A stretch of DNA of 32,000 nt from Geobacter sulfurreducens PCA (GTDB lineage: Bacteria > Desulfobacterota > Desulfuromonadia > Geobacterales > Geobacteraceae). Of this stretch, positions 1 through 8,151 are shown in pieces. The position numbers and the translations under genes are program-made. The notes under the pieces are model-generated. The model had not been told where the DNA came from, made no database searches, and worked only from the letters and a program-made list of their open reading frames with translations. Where the stretch lies: NCBI RefSeq assembly GCF_000007985.2, contig NC_002939.5, positions 3,270,001 through 3,302,000 on the forward strand, given 5' to 3'. Each line of letters starts with the position of its first letter. Positions within the stretch are counted from its first letter, which is position 1.

Positions 1-325
1 TCAGGGTGACGTTGGTCTTGATCCCCTCACGGGTAAGGGCGGCACACGCCTTGAGCCCCTCGGGGGTCATGGGGAGCTTGATGACGATGTTCTTGTGGAT
101 CTTGGCCAGCTCCCCGGCCTCCCTGATCATGCCGGCAGCCTCCAGAGAAACCACTTCCGCGGAGATGGGACCGTCGACGATCTCGGTGATCTCCTTGATG
201 ACGTCCTCAAACTTGCGGCCGGACTTGGCGATAAGCGACGGATTGGTGGTAACCCCGTCCACGAGTCCCAGGTCGTGGGCTTGGCGGATTTCCTTAACGT
301 CAGCGGTGTCGATGAAAAATTTCAT
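1..325 (-). CDS. tal: Transaldolase / fructose-6-phosphate aldolase family (short type), N-terminal part; C-terminus lies beyond the window edge
   Basis: Absent from the ORF track because it is truncated by the window edge. The reverse complement from 325 reads ATG AAA TTT TTC ATC GAC ACC GCT GAC GTT AAG = [48 protein letters not shown]..., the classic N-terminus of short transaldolases. GGAGG lies 7 nt upstream of the ATG. Confidence 0.9.
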   Translation of the reverse strand, partial: MKFFIDTADVKEIRQAHDLGLVDGVTTNPSLIAKSGRKFEDVIKEITEIVDGPISAEVVSLEAAGMIREAGELAKIHKNIVIKLPMTPEGLKACAALTREGIKTNVTL

Positions 326-368
326 GCTGCAAACCTCCGGTTGATTATTGATGGCGCCATGGCGACAA

Positions 369-626
369 TTACTTGCTTTCGAGCTGCTGCCGGTACTTTT
401 CCAGACACTCCATGGAGCAGAAGTGGAGGCGCTCCCCCTCGTGACGACCAATGACGGCATCCTCCTCCGTCACATAGACGCCGCAGACCGGGTCCTGATA
501 GGTCTCCTCCCGGACCGGCTCGGGCGGCGCAGGCTCGTCCTTCTTCTTGTCGGAGACGAAGCCCTTGACGATTTTGTATCCCACGTAGATGAGGACAGCC
601 CAGACGAGCAGACGCATAAGTCCCAC
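369..626 (-). CDS. Small membrane-anchored TRASH/YHS-type metal-binding domain protein
   Basis: 85 aa with an N-terminal hydrophobic helix ([15 protein letters not shown]). The C-terminal C-x21-C-x3-C pattern (CGVYV...LHFCSMEC) fits the TRASH motif. GTG start has AGGAG 6 nt upstream, overlapping the folK stop. Confidence 0.7.
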   Translation of the reverse strand: MGLMRLLVWAVLIYVGYKIVKGFVSDKKKDEPAPPEPVREETYQDPVCGVYVTEEDAVIGRHEGERLHFCSMECLEKYRQQLESK

Positions 627-635
627 TCTGATCTC

Positions 636-1127
636 CTAAGTTTTGGTGACGCGCTCCCCCGGCGGCAGGGAAGCGAGCAGCTCCCGCACCGGCTTCTCCT
701 GCACGGGATGAATCATATCCGGCGCAATCTCCGCCAAGGGGACCAGTACGAAGTGCCGCTGATGGAGCCGGGGATGGGGAATGACGAGCCCTTCGACGGC
801 AACGGTCAGGCTCCCGTAGAGGAGGATATCCAGATCCATTGAACGCGGCCCCTGATACATCTCCCGGCGCCTGCCGAACAGGCCGGTTTCGATCCGCTGG
901 AGTTCTTCGAGGAGCCGGTGAGGGGTGAGCGAGGTTTCGATCCGCAGGACCGCGTTGAGGAAGTCGGGCTGTTCCGGCACCGGCCCCACCGGCTCGGTTT
1001 CGTAGAAGCCGGAAAGAGCGGTTATTCGGGTTTCCGGCAGTTTGCCGATCTCGGCAACTGCGCGCAGCAGGTTCAGCTCCCGGTCCCCCATGTTCGAACC
1101 GAGGGCTATGAAGACGTTGGATTCCAC
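636..1127 (-). CDS. folK: 2-amino-4-hydroxy-6-hydroxymethyldihydropteridine pyrophosphokinase
   Basis: 163 aa. The N-terminus VFIALGSNMGDR and the motifs ETEPVG, DLDILLY and IPHPRL are typical of HPPK. GTG start. Confidence 0.9.
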   Translation of the reverse strand: MESNVFIALGSNMGDRELNLLRAVAEIGKLPETRITALSGFYETEPVGPVPEQPDFLNAVLRIETSLTPHRLLEELQRIETGLFGRRREMYQGPRSMDLDILLYGSLTVAVEGLVIPHPRLHQRHFVLVPLAEIAPDMIHPVQEKPVRELLASLPPGERVTKT

Positions 1128-1187
1128 CGGACGATTAGAGCATAACGGGGATATTTTTGCAATCCATGAGCCGCGCTCCGGAAAGCG

Positions 1188-1607
1188 TCAGTGCAACTCC
1201 TCGCCGGTGGTGGTCATGACCAGCTTGCCGTGCTTAACCCCCTTCACGCCGATGAGCTCGTCGGCGATCTTCTTCACCTCCCGGGCCTTGCCGCGCACCA
1301 CCAGGACCTCCAGACAGTTGTGGGCATCCAGATGGACGTGGAGGGCCGAGATGACCTTGTCGTGGTGAGCGTGTTGCTGTTCGGTCAACTTATCGGAAAG
1401 GTCGCGGACATGGTGATCGTAGACGAGCGTCACCGTACCCACGGTCTCCTCGTCTCCCACTTCCCACTTCAGCTCCACCAATGCCGCGCGGATCAGGTCG
1501 CGGATCGCTTCGGAGCGGTTCATGTACCCCTTCTCCTCGATGAGCCCGTCAAAGCTCTCCAGCAGCTTCTCGTCGATGGATACGCCGAATCTGATGGTTT
1601 CTCCCAT
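1188..1607 (-). CDS. nikR: Nickel-responsive transcriptional regulator NikR (ribbon-helix-helix + ACT-like metal-binding domain)
   Basis: I take the ATG at 1607 ([20 protein letters not shown]...), which gives a canonical RHH N-terminus and has GGAG 6 nt upstream. HVHLDAHNC matches the HxHx5C high-affinity Ni site of NikR. The track's longer ORF to 1712 adds a non-homologous extension. Confidence 0.9.
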   Translation of the reverse strand: MGETIRFGVSIDEKLLESFDGLIEEKGYMNRSEAIRDLIRAALVELKWEVGDEETVGTVTLVYDHHVRDLSDKLTEQQHAHHDKVISALHVHLDAHNCLEVLVVRGKAREVKKIADELIGVKGVKHGKLVMTTTGEELH

Positions 1608-1708
1608 AGAACACTCCGATGCGGGGATGCGAACAGCACAAAAACGGATGAAATGATAGACCACTTTCAACGGGAGATAAACAGAAAACCGCCGTAGTGG
1701 GTGCCCGG

Positions 1709-2578
1709 TCACTTCTCCGTGAGCCGGAAGGTGATAGGCACCTCGAAGGTGAGCTCCTCGCCGCCGAGTTCAGGCGGCACGGCGGGGAAGCGGCCCACTG
1801 TGCGGACGGCCCGCAGCGCCGCGTTGTCCAGGAGCGCGTGGCTCGAGGAACGGGCCACCTCATCGCGCCGGACGGCTCCGCTGCGGGCCAGGACCACGCG
1901 TACGACGGCTGTTCCCTCCATCCGTCCCCGACGGGCCAGGGGCGGATATTCCTTGCACCGCTCGATGAGCCCCCTGAGGACGGACTGGTAACCCACGCGG
2001 ATCCGGCCGGCATCGGCCGCACCGGTGGAGGCTGCCGGGGGTTCGGGGCTGCGGACTGTCGGCACCGTTACCTGCGGACCATCGCCCCGTGCCTGCGGCA
2101 CTGCCGCCTGAACCGGTTGTGGGGGAGCCACGGGTACCATCATGGCGGAAGGTGAGGGAGCCATCGCACCTGCCGGATCTGCGGCAAGGGGGGCAATGGC
2201 AGGGGCTGTCGGCTGCGTCCGGCCGGATGGTGGCGACAACGCGACAGGGGGCGACGAGTCCCGTACCGGCGACGGCTTCACCGGCAGCGGAAGTGGGGGC
2301 CGCCGGACAGGCGAAGGTTGCGGCAGAGGCAAAAGGGCCGGTACCGGCTTCTCCGCAGACAGGACCGAACCACCCAGCTCAACGACGATGATGTTGGCAG
2401 GAGGAAGCCGCGTGCCCCCCCCAGCCGGCATCATCACACACACTGCAGCCGCCACATGGGCCACCCCTGACAGGAGGAACGCACGGGCCAGAATCCGCCG
2501 CTCCCCGGCGGAGGCACGCAATGCCTCCGCCGGGGCGTGATCGGGTGTGGCCGCGCTGAACCGCATGGCGCTGCCCAT
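1709..2578 (-). CDS. tonB: TonB-family energy transducer
   Basis: 289 aa. It has an N-terminal TM helix, a long Pro-rich spacer ([21 protein letters not shown]...) and a C-terminal TonB domain ([20 protein letters not shown]...[11 protein letters not shown]...). It starts 5 nt after the TBDT stop. Confidence 0.85.
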   Translation of the reverse strand: MGSAMRFSAATPDHAPAEALRASAGERRILARAFLLSGVAHVAAAVCVMMPAGGGTRLPPANIIVVELGGSVLSAEKPVPALLPLPQPSPVRRPPLPLPVKPSPVRDSSPPVALSPPSGRTQPTAPAIAPLAADPAGAMAPSPSAMMVPVAPPQPVQAAVPQARGDGPQVTVPTVRSPEPPAASTGAADAGRIRVGYQSVLRGLIERCKEYPPLARRGRMEGTAVVRVVLARSGAVRRDEVARSSSHALLDNAALRAVRTVGRFPAVPPELGGEELTFEVPITFRLTEK

Positions 2579-2583
2579 GTCCG

Positions 2584-4683
2584 TCAGAACCGGTAAGCCA
2601 GGGTCAGGTAGTAGTTTCTCCCGTTCTCCGGCACCTTGGCCCCGGTGCTGAAGGGATCCCGCTGGTAGGAAAGATGGGATAAATAGTACTTGTCGAACAG
2701 GTTGTTGACCCCGGCGTAGACCGAAAGGCCCCCATAGGTGAAACCCCCCTTCAGGTCAGTGGTGAACCAGCCGGCGGTCTCCTGCTCCTGGAGGGCGGCG
2801 TCGACCCGATCCTGCCGGTCGGCGAAGTTCTCGGCCACCTCCAGAAACCAGGAATCCACGTCGTAGCGCAGGGCCATGGTGCCCCGCAGGGGCGGGATCT
2901 CGGACAGGGGACGGTCATCACTCTCGTTGTTCCCCCTCGTGTAGGACAGGGATGCCTTCAGGAAGAAGTTGGCTGGCAGCGAGAACTGGGAGCCGAATTC
3001 CCCACCCCAGAGAGTGGCGTTCACATTGCGGTAGCTGCGGGCACGCAGAAGCGGCCCGGCGCCGTCGGGGTCGGGAAGATCGGTCACATTGATGTAGTTA
3101 TGGAGATAACCGTAGAAGAAAGAAGCATTCACGTAGTAGCTGTCCGTCGCATACTTGACCCCCACGTCGCCCTGATTGTTGACGGTGGGCTCCAGGAGCG
3201 GGTTGCCGACCCAGTTGCTCCCCATCCGCTGAAGCCCCGTGTAGAGCTCCTGGGGGTCAGGGGTACGGATGCCGCGGCCGAAGCCGGCGAACAGTTCAAG
3301 CCCCGTGATCGGCGTCCAGGTAAGCTGGAGGTTGCCGCTGGCCTCGCCGAAGTCGGTGTCGGCGGAGAGAGTACGACCCGGGTAGTAGGGCTGATAGAGC
3401 GTGGCAATGCGCCCGGCGGTAAGCCGGTCGGCCTCAGCCCTGGTCAGGTCTCCTCGCGCGGCCGCCGTGAGTTTGAGGCGTTCCGCCAGGGGCACCGTGT
3501 ACTCCAGGAACATGCCGGTGTTGTGGATGGTCACGTCGGGAATCATGGGGGAATCCCCATAGACCCAATCCGTGCCGTTGCGCATGAGCATGGTGTTGGT
3601 GGCGTCCCACCCGCGATTGTAGTAGTCGATGCCCGCCTTGAGGGTGCCGGAGCCCACTGCCAGGGAGGTGTTCATCTTCGCACCCCAGGTCTCCGTCTCG
3701 GCCAGGGTCGACATAAAGTAGTTCCGCGTCAGGAACGTCCGGTACATGAGGGCGGCATTGTCGGGATTTGAGGTCTCCCGGTACCGGTCGTCCATGAGAT
3801 GCTTGACCCGGTTCCAGTATGCCTGGAGCTTCACTTCGCTCACCAGGGGCGAAAGTTTCTCGATCCTGTAGCTCCAGTTGAACCGGTGGGTCCGGTCATA
3901 GTCGGCGTCCATGAGGAGATAGGGATAAAGGACATGATCGGCATCCTGGTAGGAGTAGGAAAACTCGGTCCGGGAATTATCCGTCGGGTTGATGCCGAAG
4001 CGCGCCCAGCCGGTGTTGATCTCGTAGGCGGTCGAATCGATGCTGCCGGGGCGGTAGCGGTTGTTGCTGGTGGCTGGGTATATCTCGGTTATCCGCTTGC
4101 CATCACCCGACTCGGGCGGTTTGGAATACTTGTAGGCGTATCCCAGGAGGCCATCGAGACGGTCAGTTCCATAGGATGCGGTGCCCGAGGCATTGATGCT
4201 GTCATAGGAGCCGTAGGTGAACGACAGATCGCTGCCGAACCCCTTTTTAGGCTTCTTTCCCACGGCGTCTACCAGGCCGCCGAGACTGCCGGCGTTTTCA
4301 ACATCATAGGGGCCCTTCACGATCCGGATCTGCTCGACCTCGGCGAAGTCGAAGTGGAACGCGGGCGAATCCATTCTGTTGGGACAGGCGCCGTAGAGGC
4401 GGACCCCGTCGATAAGGACGTTGATGTTGTCACGCTGGAGCCCGCGGATAACCACGTCATTGGCAATGGCTCCCTTGCGGACGTAGGAAAGCCCCTCCAC
4501 CTGGCGGAGGGCCTCCCCCATGTCCCGGGCCGGGCTTTCGCGGACTTCGCGGATGGTCAGACTCTCTTCGCGCGGGGACTCTTTCTGGCCCCGGACAACG
4601 ATTTCGTCGAGGATGAGGTTTTCGGCAGCCGCCGGCACGGCGGCCGCAAGAGTGCAGCAGAGCATGGATATGATAGTTCGCAT
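2584..4683 (-). CDS. TonB-dependent outer-membrane transporter, OprC/NosA-like, with a Cys/Met/His/Met candidate metal site
   Basis: ATG at 4683 with GGAG 7 nt upstream. Signal peptide MRTIISMLCCTLAAAVPAAA, TonB box LDEIVVRG, plug motif RGLQRDNINVLIDGVRLYGACPNRMD, and KHLMD about 195 aa downstream. Beta-barrel ending ...LTLAYRF with a terminal Phe. Confidence 0.9.
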   Translation of the reverse strand: MRTIISMLCCTLAAAVPAAAENLILDEIVVRGQKESPREESLTIREVRESPARDMGEALRQVEGLSYVRKGAIANDVVIRGLQRDNINVLIDGVRLYGACPNRMDSPAFHFDFAEVEQIRIVKGPYDVENAGSLGGLVDAVGKKPKKGFGSDLSFTYGSYDSINASGTASYGTDRLDGLLGYAYKYSKPPESGDGKRITEIYPATSNNRYRPGSIDSTAYEINTGWARFGINPTDNSRTEFSYSYQDADHVLYPYLLMDADYDRTHRFNWSYRIEKLSPLVSEVKLQAYWNRVKHLMDDRYRETSNPDNAALMYRTFLTRNYFMSTLAETETWGAKMNTSLAVGSGTLKAGIDYYNRGWDATNTMLMRNGTDWVYGDSPMIPDVTIHNTGMFLEYTVPLAERLKLTAAARGDLTRAEADRLTAGRIATLYQPYYPGRTLSADTDFGEASGNLQLTWTPITGLELFAGFGRGIRTPDPQELYTGLQRMGSNWVGNPLLEPTVNNQGDVGVKYATDSYYVNASFFYGYLHNYINVTDLPDPDGAGPLLRARSYRNVNATLWGGEFGSQFSLPANFFLKASLSYTRGNNESDDRPLSEIPPLRGTMALRYDVDSWFLEVAENFADRQDRVDAALQEQETAGWFTTDLKGGFTYGGLSVYAGVNNLFDKYYLSHLSYQRDPFSTGAKVPENGRNYYLTLAYRF

Positions 4684-5015
4684 GACATATCTCCGTGAAT
4701 GGATAGACGTAGAGGACGCAAGGATGCCGCTGCAGGCACCCCGCCCCGCGCGACGGCGTACGGATAGACCGCAGCCGTACCGGCACACAGTCCGCGTCGG
4801 GGATACGATGAACGGCCGCCGGCCGCTCCCTGTTGGGAAACGCTGCAGCCGCTCACGATAGGAGCAGGTCTGATGTCTCGCTTGGTTGGCCCTTGGAAGT
4901 AATGTGAGGCATTTTGCCTGCTGCCAAGGCGCGGCGACACAGACCTGGCCCAGCCATAACGACGGCAGCAGTCAAAAGGGGCACAATTACGAGGAAGAAC
5001 CAACCAATCGGGACA
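4684..5015 (-). other. Long (332 nt) non-coding, highly structured leader/intergenic RNA region between the Cys-rich gene and the TBDT gene
   Basis: No credible ORF. Nested complementary segments lie at 4865-4872/4940-4947 (8 bp), 4891-4896/4924-4929 (6 bp) and 4907-4911/4915-4919 (hairpin). Further GC-rich hairpins lie between 4700 and 4850. Confidence 0.3.
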
Positions 5016-5465
5016 CTAGGCTTCTGGAGGAGGGATGGAGGGCTCGGGCCGGAAAGCGGTCAGCATGCCCGAATAGGACGAGAGGTTGACGGTACACCGG
5101 GTAACCCCGGCCTCAAGGATGAACAGAGGGGGAATGCACTCCCACTTGATGAGAGGGACGGCGGCTGGGGAAAGGGGATCGCGGTTACAACAACCGCAGG
5201 AGATAACGGGCACTTCCTCACCCGTTGAGCAACAGTCGGGTTCCTTCTTATGGCGATTGGCCGCGCAGGAGCCTTCGCACCGACACTCCTGGGCCATGCC
5301 GGCCATGGCGGCGCAGCACTCGCCGTCGGTGCAGTGACACCCCGCCTTTTTCACGAAACCGGCCTGTGCCCCGGCAACGGCATGAATGAGCGGCACGACC
5401 TGGACGAACAGAACGAGGAGCAGCTGCAGTGATGCGATGGCGATGGTAGTGCGTCTAGTGCCCAT
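5016..5465 (-). CDS. Cys-rich, N-terminally anchored/secreted small protein (hypothetical; candidate periplasmic metal-binding partner of the TBDT)
   Basis: ATG at 5465 gives 149 aa. It has a hydrophobic N-terminal segment (IAIASLQLLLVLFVQVVPLI) and 14 Cys. Twelve of them fall within about 50 residues as CxC, CC, CxCxxxC, CC and CxCC clusters. It sits co-directionally upstream of TBDT-tonB-nikR. Confidence 0.6.
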   Translation of the reverse strand: MGTRRTTIAIASLQLLLVLFVQVVPLIHAVAGAQAGFVKKAGCHCTDGECCAAMAGMAQECRCEGSCAANRHKKEPDCCSTGEEVPVISCGCCNRDPLSPAAVPLIKWECIPPLFILEAGVTRCTVNLSSYSGMLTAFRPEPSIPPPEA

Positions 5466-5531
5466 GTAGGAACGTCCGGCCTTGAAACAAGGCAAAATGT
5501 CGGCGCAATCCAAGCGATCAACAGTCACGTA

Positions 5532-5559
5532 ACAATACTGGACCTCACTCAATTGTCAA
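5532..5559 (-). promoter_or_regulatory. Sigma70-like promoter (TTGACA-16 nt-TATTGT) overlapped by the inverted repeat ACAAT-N15-ATTGT, upstream of the Cys-rich gene
   Basis: The minus strand reads TTGACAattgagtgaggtccagTATTGT. The -35 is at plus 5554-5559 and the -10 at 5532-5537. The repeat arms are at 5532-5536 and 5552-5556. Confidence 0.4.
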
Positions 5560-5594
5560 GCAGCATGCAACCGTGCGTGCCACTCCTGCGGCCA

Positions 5595-6413
5595 TTACCG
5601 CCGCAGCCTCCGCAGGGTAAAGGCAAGGGCGAAAGCCAGGAAGTTGATCATGATAATTGTGGCGCCGGTGGGAAGGTTGGCCAGGAAGGAGACCACCACC
5701 CCGGTCACCACCGACAGGACGCCGAAGACGACAGCAAGGATGATGGCGGTCCGAAAGCCCCGCGCCAGCTGGAGCGAGGCCACTGCGGGCAGGATGAGGA
5801 GTGCGGAGATGAGCATGACCCCCACCACCTTCATGGCGAGCACCACCGTGAGGCCGGTCAGCAGCACCAGCACCCCGTTGATCCGGTCTACCCGGATGCC
5901 GGAGGTACGGGCCAGCTCCTCATCGAAGGTGATGGCGAAGAGTTCCCGGGAAAAGAGCCCCACCGCGATGACCACCACCAGAAAGAGAATCCCGGTCTGA
6001 ACCAGCTCAGAGGGGCTGATGGACAGGATGTTGCCGAAAAGGTAGCTGAACAGGTCAACATTGAATCCGCCCGCCATACTTGCCAGCATGATGCCGGTGG
6101 CAATGCCCAGGGACGAGACGATGCCGATGGCGGCATCGCCGTAGATGCGGGCCCGCTCAGCAAGGCGCAGGATGCCCAGAGCCGAAAGGAGCACGCAGGG
6201 AATGGCGGCCAGGGCCGCGTGGACCGACGGCAGACGGAAGAAGAGTGAAAGGGCCACGCTTCCGAAGGTCACATGGGCAAGTCCGTCACCGATAAGCGAC
6301 AGGCGGCGCAGCACCAGGAAGATGCCCAGGATGGCGCAGAGCGCTGCGATAAGCGACCCGGCAACCATGGCCCGCAGAAGAAACCCGTACTGGAAGATGT
6401 CGAGAAGCGTCAT
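5595..6413 (-). CDS. znuB: Zinc (metal) ABC transporter permease
   Basis: 272 aa polytopic membrane protein of the ZnuB/MntB type (FLLRAMVAGSLIAALCAILGIFLVLRRLSLIGDGLAHVTFG). Lies downstream of znuA and znuC. Confidence 0.85.
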   Translation of the reverse strand: MTLLDIFQYGFLLRAMVAGSLIAALCAILGIFLVLRRLSLIGDGLAHVTFGSVALSLFFRLPSVHAALAAIPCVLLSALGILRLAERARIYGDAAIGIVSSLGIATGIMLASMAGGFNVDLFSYLFGNILSISPSELVQTGILFLVVVIAVGLFSRELFAITFDEELARTSGIRVDRINGVLVLLTGLTVVLAMKVVGVMLISALLILPAVASLQLARGFRTAIILAVVFGVLSVVTGVVVSFLANLPTGATIIMINFLAFALAFTLRRLRR

Positions 6414-6427
6414 GGAAACCGCCCCCC

Positions 6428-7180
6428 TCAGTGCCGGTGGCAGATGAGGTGCTGGGAATGAATGCCGAAAAAGTCGGACATGGCCTGGGAGCCGCAGAAT
6501 TCGTCGAACCCGCCGTAGAAAACCACCCGCTTGTCCAGGTAGAGGAAACGGGAGGCATGACTGCCGATGGTGCCGCTGTCGTGGGTTACCAGGATGACGG
6601 TGGTACCCCGGGAACGGTTCAGGTCGCGGATGGTCTGGTAGAAGCTCTCCCGCGTCTCCGGGTCCAGGGCCGTGGTCGGCTCGTCCAGCACCAGCAGCTC
6701 GGGTCCGCTGACCAGCGCCCGGGCCAGGAGCGCCCGCTGCCGCAGCCCGCCGGACAGTTCTCCCACCAGCCGGTCCCTTATGGATTCAATCCCCATGAGT
6801 TCCAGGGCATGGGTCACCGCAGCACCGTCACCGGAACGGGGACGGCGGGGAAAGCGGCGTCCCGCCAGCAGGCCGAGCCCCACCACCTCGGCCACGGTGG
6901 CCGGGAAGTGGGGATTGAAATACTGGAGGCCCTGGGGAAGATAGCCGACCCGCTGCCACTGGTCGAAACCGGCCAGAGGGGTGCCGAAGAGACGAATTTC
7001 ACCCCGGTCGGGGCGGGCGAGCCCCAGGATGCAGCGGATGAGAGTGCTTTTCCCCGACCCGTTGGGCCCCACGATGCCGACGTAGTCCCCCGCCGCCACG
7101 GCAAAGGAGACGTCGGTCAACGCCTCGGTCCCCTGGTATCCCAGCGTCACCCCCGTGACCGCTACCGCATCTACCGGCAT
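6428..7180 (-). CDS. znuC: Zinc (metal) ABC transporter ATP-binding protein
   Basis: 250 aa with Walker A GPNGSGKST, signature LSGGLRQR and Walker B LLVLDEP. Overlaps the znuA 3' end by 10 nt. Confidence 0.85.
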   Translation of the reverse strand: MPVDAVAVTGVTLGYQGTEALTDVSFAVAAGDYVGIVGPNGSGKSTLIRCILGLARPDRGEIRLFGTPLAGFDQWQRVGYLPQGLQYFNPHFPATVAEVVGLGLLAGRRFPRRPRSGDGAAVTHALELMGIESIRDRLVGELSGGLRQRALLARALVSGPELLVLDEPTTALDPETRESFYQTIRDLNRSRGTTVILVTHDSGTIGSHASRFLYLDKRVVFYGGFDEFCGSQAMSDFFGIHSQHLICHRH

Positions 7181-8151
7181 TGAAGCCCCTTTCGCAGATT
7201 CTCCAGGTTCTTTTCCATGAGAGAAATGAACGTGACTCCCCGCGCCAAGTCATCGCGGCTTACGGTGTGGGCGCCGTTGAGCGGCAGGATGGCCGCCCCC
7301 GTCTCCCGGGCGATGGTCTCGGCGGTACGGGGATCGATGAGTTCCTCGGTATAGATAGTGCGGACCCCTTCTGTTCGGATCCGCTTCACCAGGGCCGCCA
7401 GCTTGGCCGGGGTCGGTTCCGCATCGGCGGAGGCGGCAAAGGCGGCCTCGTAGCGCAGGCCGTAACGGGCGGCAAGGTAGCCGAAAGCAAAGTGTCCCCC
7501 GTGAACCACGGTCCGCGAGGAGCAGGACGCGAGCCCCTGCCGATAGCGTTCATCCAGGTGGGCCAGCTTTGCCTTGTAGGCGGCGGCATTGGCCAGGTAG
7601 GCCTCCCGGTTGGCAGGGTCGCGCTCGGCCATCCCTGCAGCGATGTTGTCCACCATCCGCTGGGCGTTGGCGAAGTCGAGCCAGAGGTGAGGATCCATCC
7701 GCGTCTCATCGTGCGGCCCGTCATGGTGATCACCTTCGTTGTGATGATCTCCGTGCTCATGGATCCCCGCAGCAGCGAGCAGTCGGGCGCCGCGGCTCGC
7801 ATCCACCACCGTGGGTCCGCCGCCCCCGACACCCTTGAGAATGTCCGCGGCCCAGGGCTCCATGGCGCGGTTCGTATAGACGAATAGGCTTGCCCGGCTC
7901 ACACGGACGATATCCTCGGGCCGGGGTTCGAAACTGTGAGGCTCCATCCCCGGCGGAAGGAGGAGCGTCACCTCGGCCCGATCGCCGGCCACGTTGCGGG
8001 CAAAATCATAGAGCGGAAAAAGCGTCGTCACCACCGACATGCCGGCGTGCGCCGCCGGAGTCCTGCCCTCATCCTTTTTCGAGCATCCGACCAGAACGAT
8101 CGCCAGGGCGCACAGCACTCCCAGCGCCAGGATACGCACGCTTCCCATCAT
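7171..8151 (-). CDS. znuA: Zinc ABC transporter periplasmic solute-binding lipoprotein
   Basis: 326 aa. Lipoprotein signal with lipobox LVGC. The His/Asp-rich loop HEHGDHHNEGDHHDGPHDE is typical of ZnuA. It starts immediately after the zur stop. Confidence 0.85.
   Translation of the reverse strand: MMGSVRILALGVLCALAIVLVGCSKKDEGRTPAAHAGMSVVTTLFPLYDFARNVAGDRAEVTLLLPPGMEPHSFEPRPEDIVRVSRASLFVYTNRAMEPWAADILKGVGGGGPTVVDASRGARLLAAAGIHEHGDHHNEGDHHDGPHDETRMDPHLWLDFANAQRMVDNIAAGMAERDPANREAYLANAAAYKAKLAHLDERYRQGLASCSSRTVVHGGHFAFGYLAARYGLRYEAAFAASADAEPTPAKLAALVKRIRTEGVRTIYTEELIDPRTAETIARETGAAILPLNGAHTVSRDDLARGVTFISLMEKNLENLRKGLQCR

Noticed and set aside
4700-4860. A second cobalamin riboswitch upstream of the TonB-dependent transporter, which would make it btuB-like.
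   Set aside because: Only partial resemblance: GGGAG + hairpin + CCCCGACGCGGACTGTG, and an AGACCTGC octamer at 4865-4872 in the wrong order. The GCCACTG/GGGAAGGC block and a correctly placed B12 box are missing. I kept it only as an item to test with Infernal (see the finding for 4684-5015).
5553-6248. Plus-strand 231-aa His/Asp/Gly-rich ORF that superficially looks like a metal-binding protein.
   Set aside because: It lies entirely antisense to znuB, whose membrane-protein translation is far more convincing. The composition is a by-product of reading hydrophobic codons in reverse.
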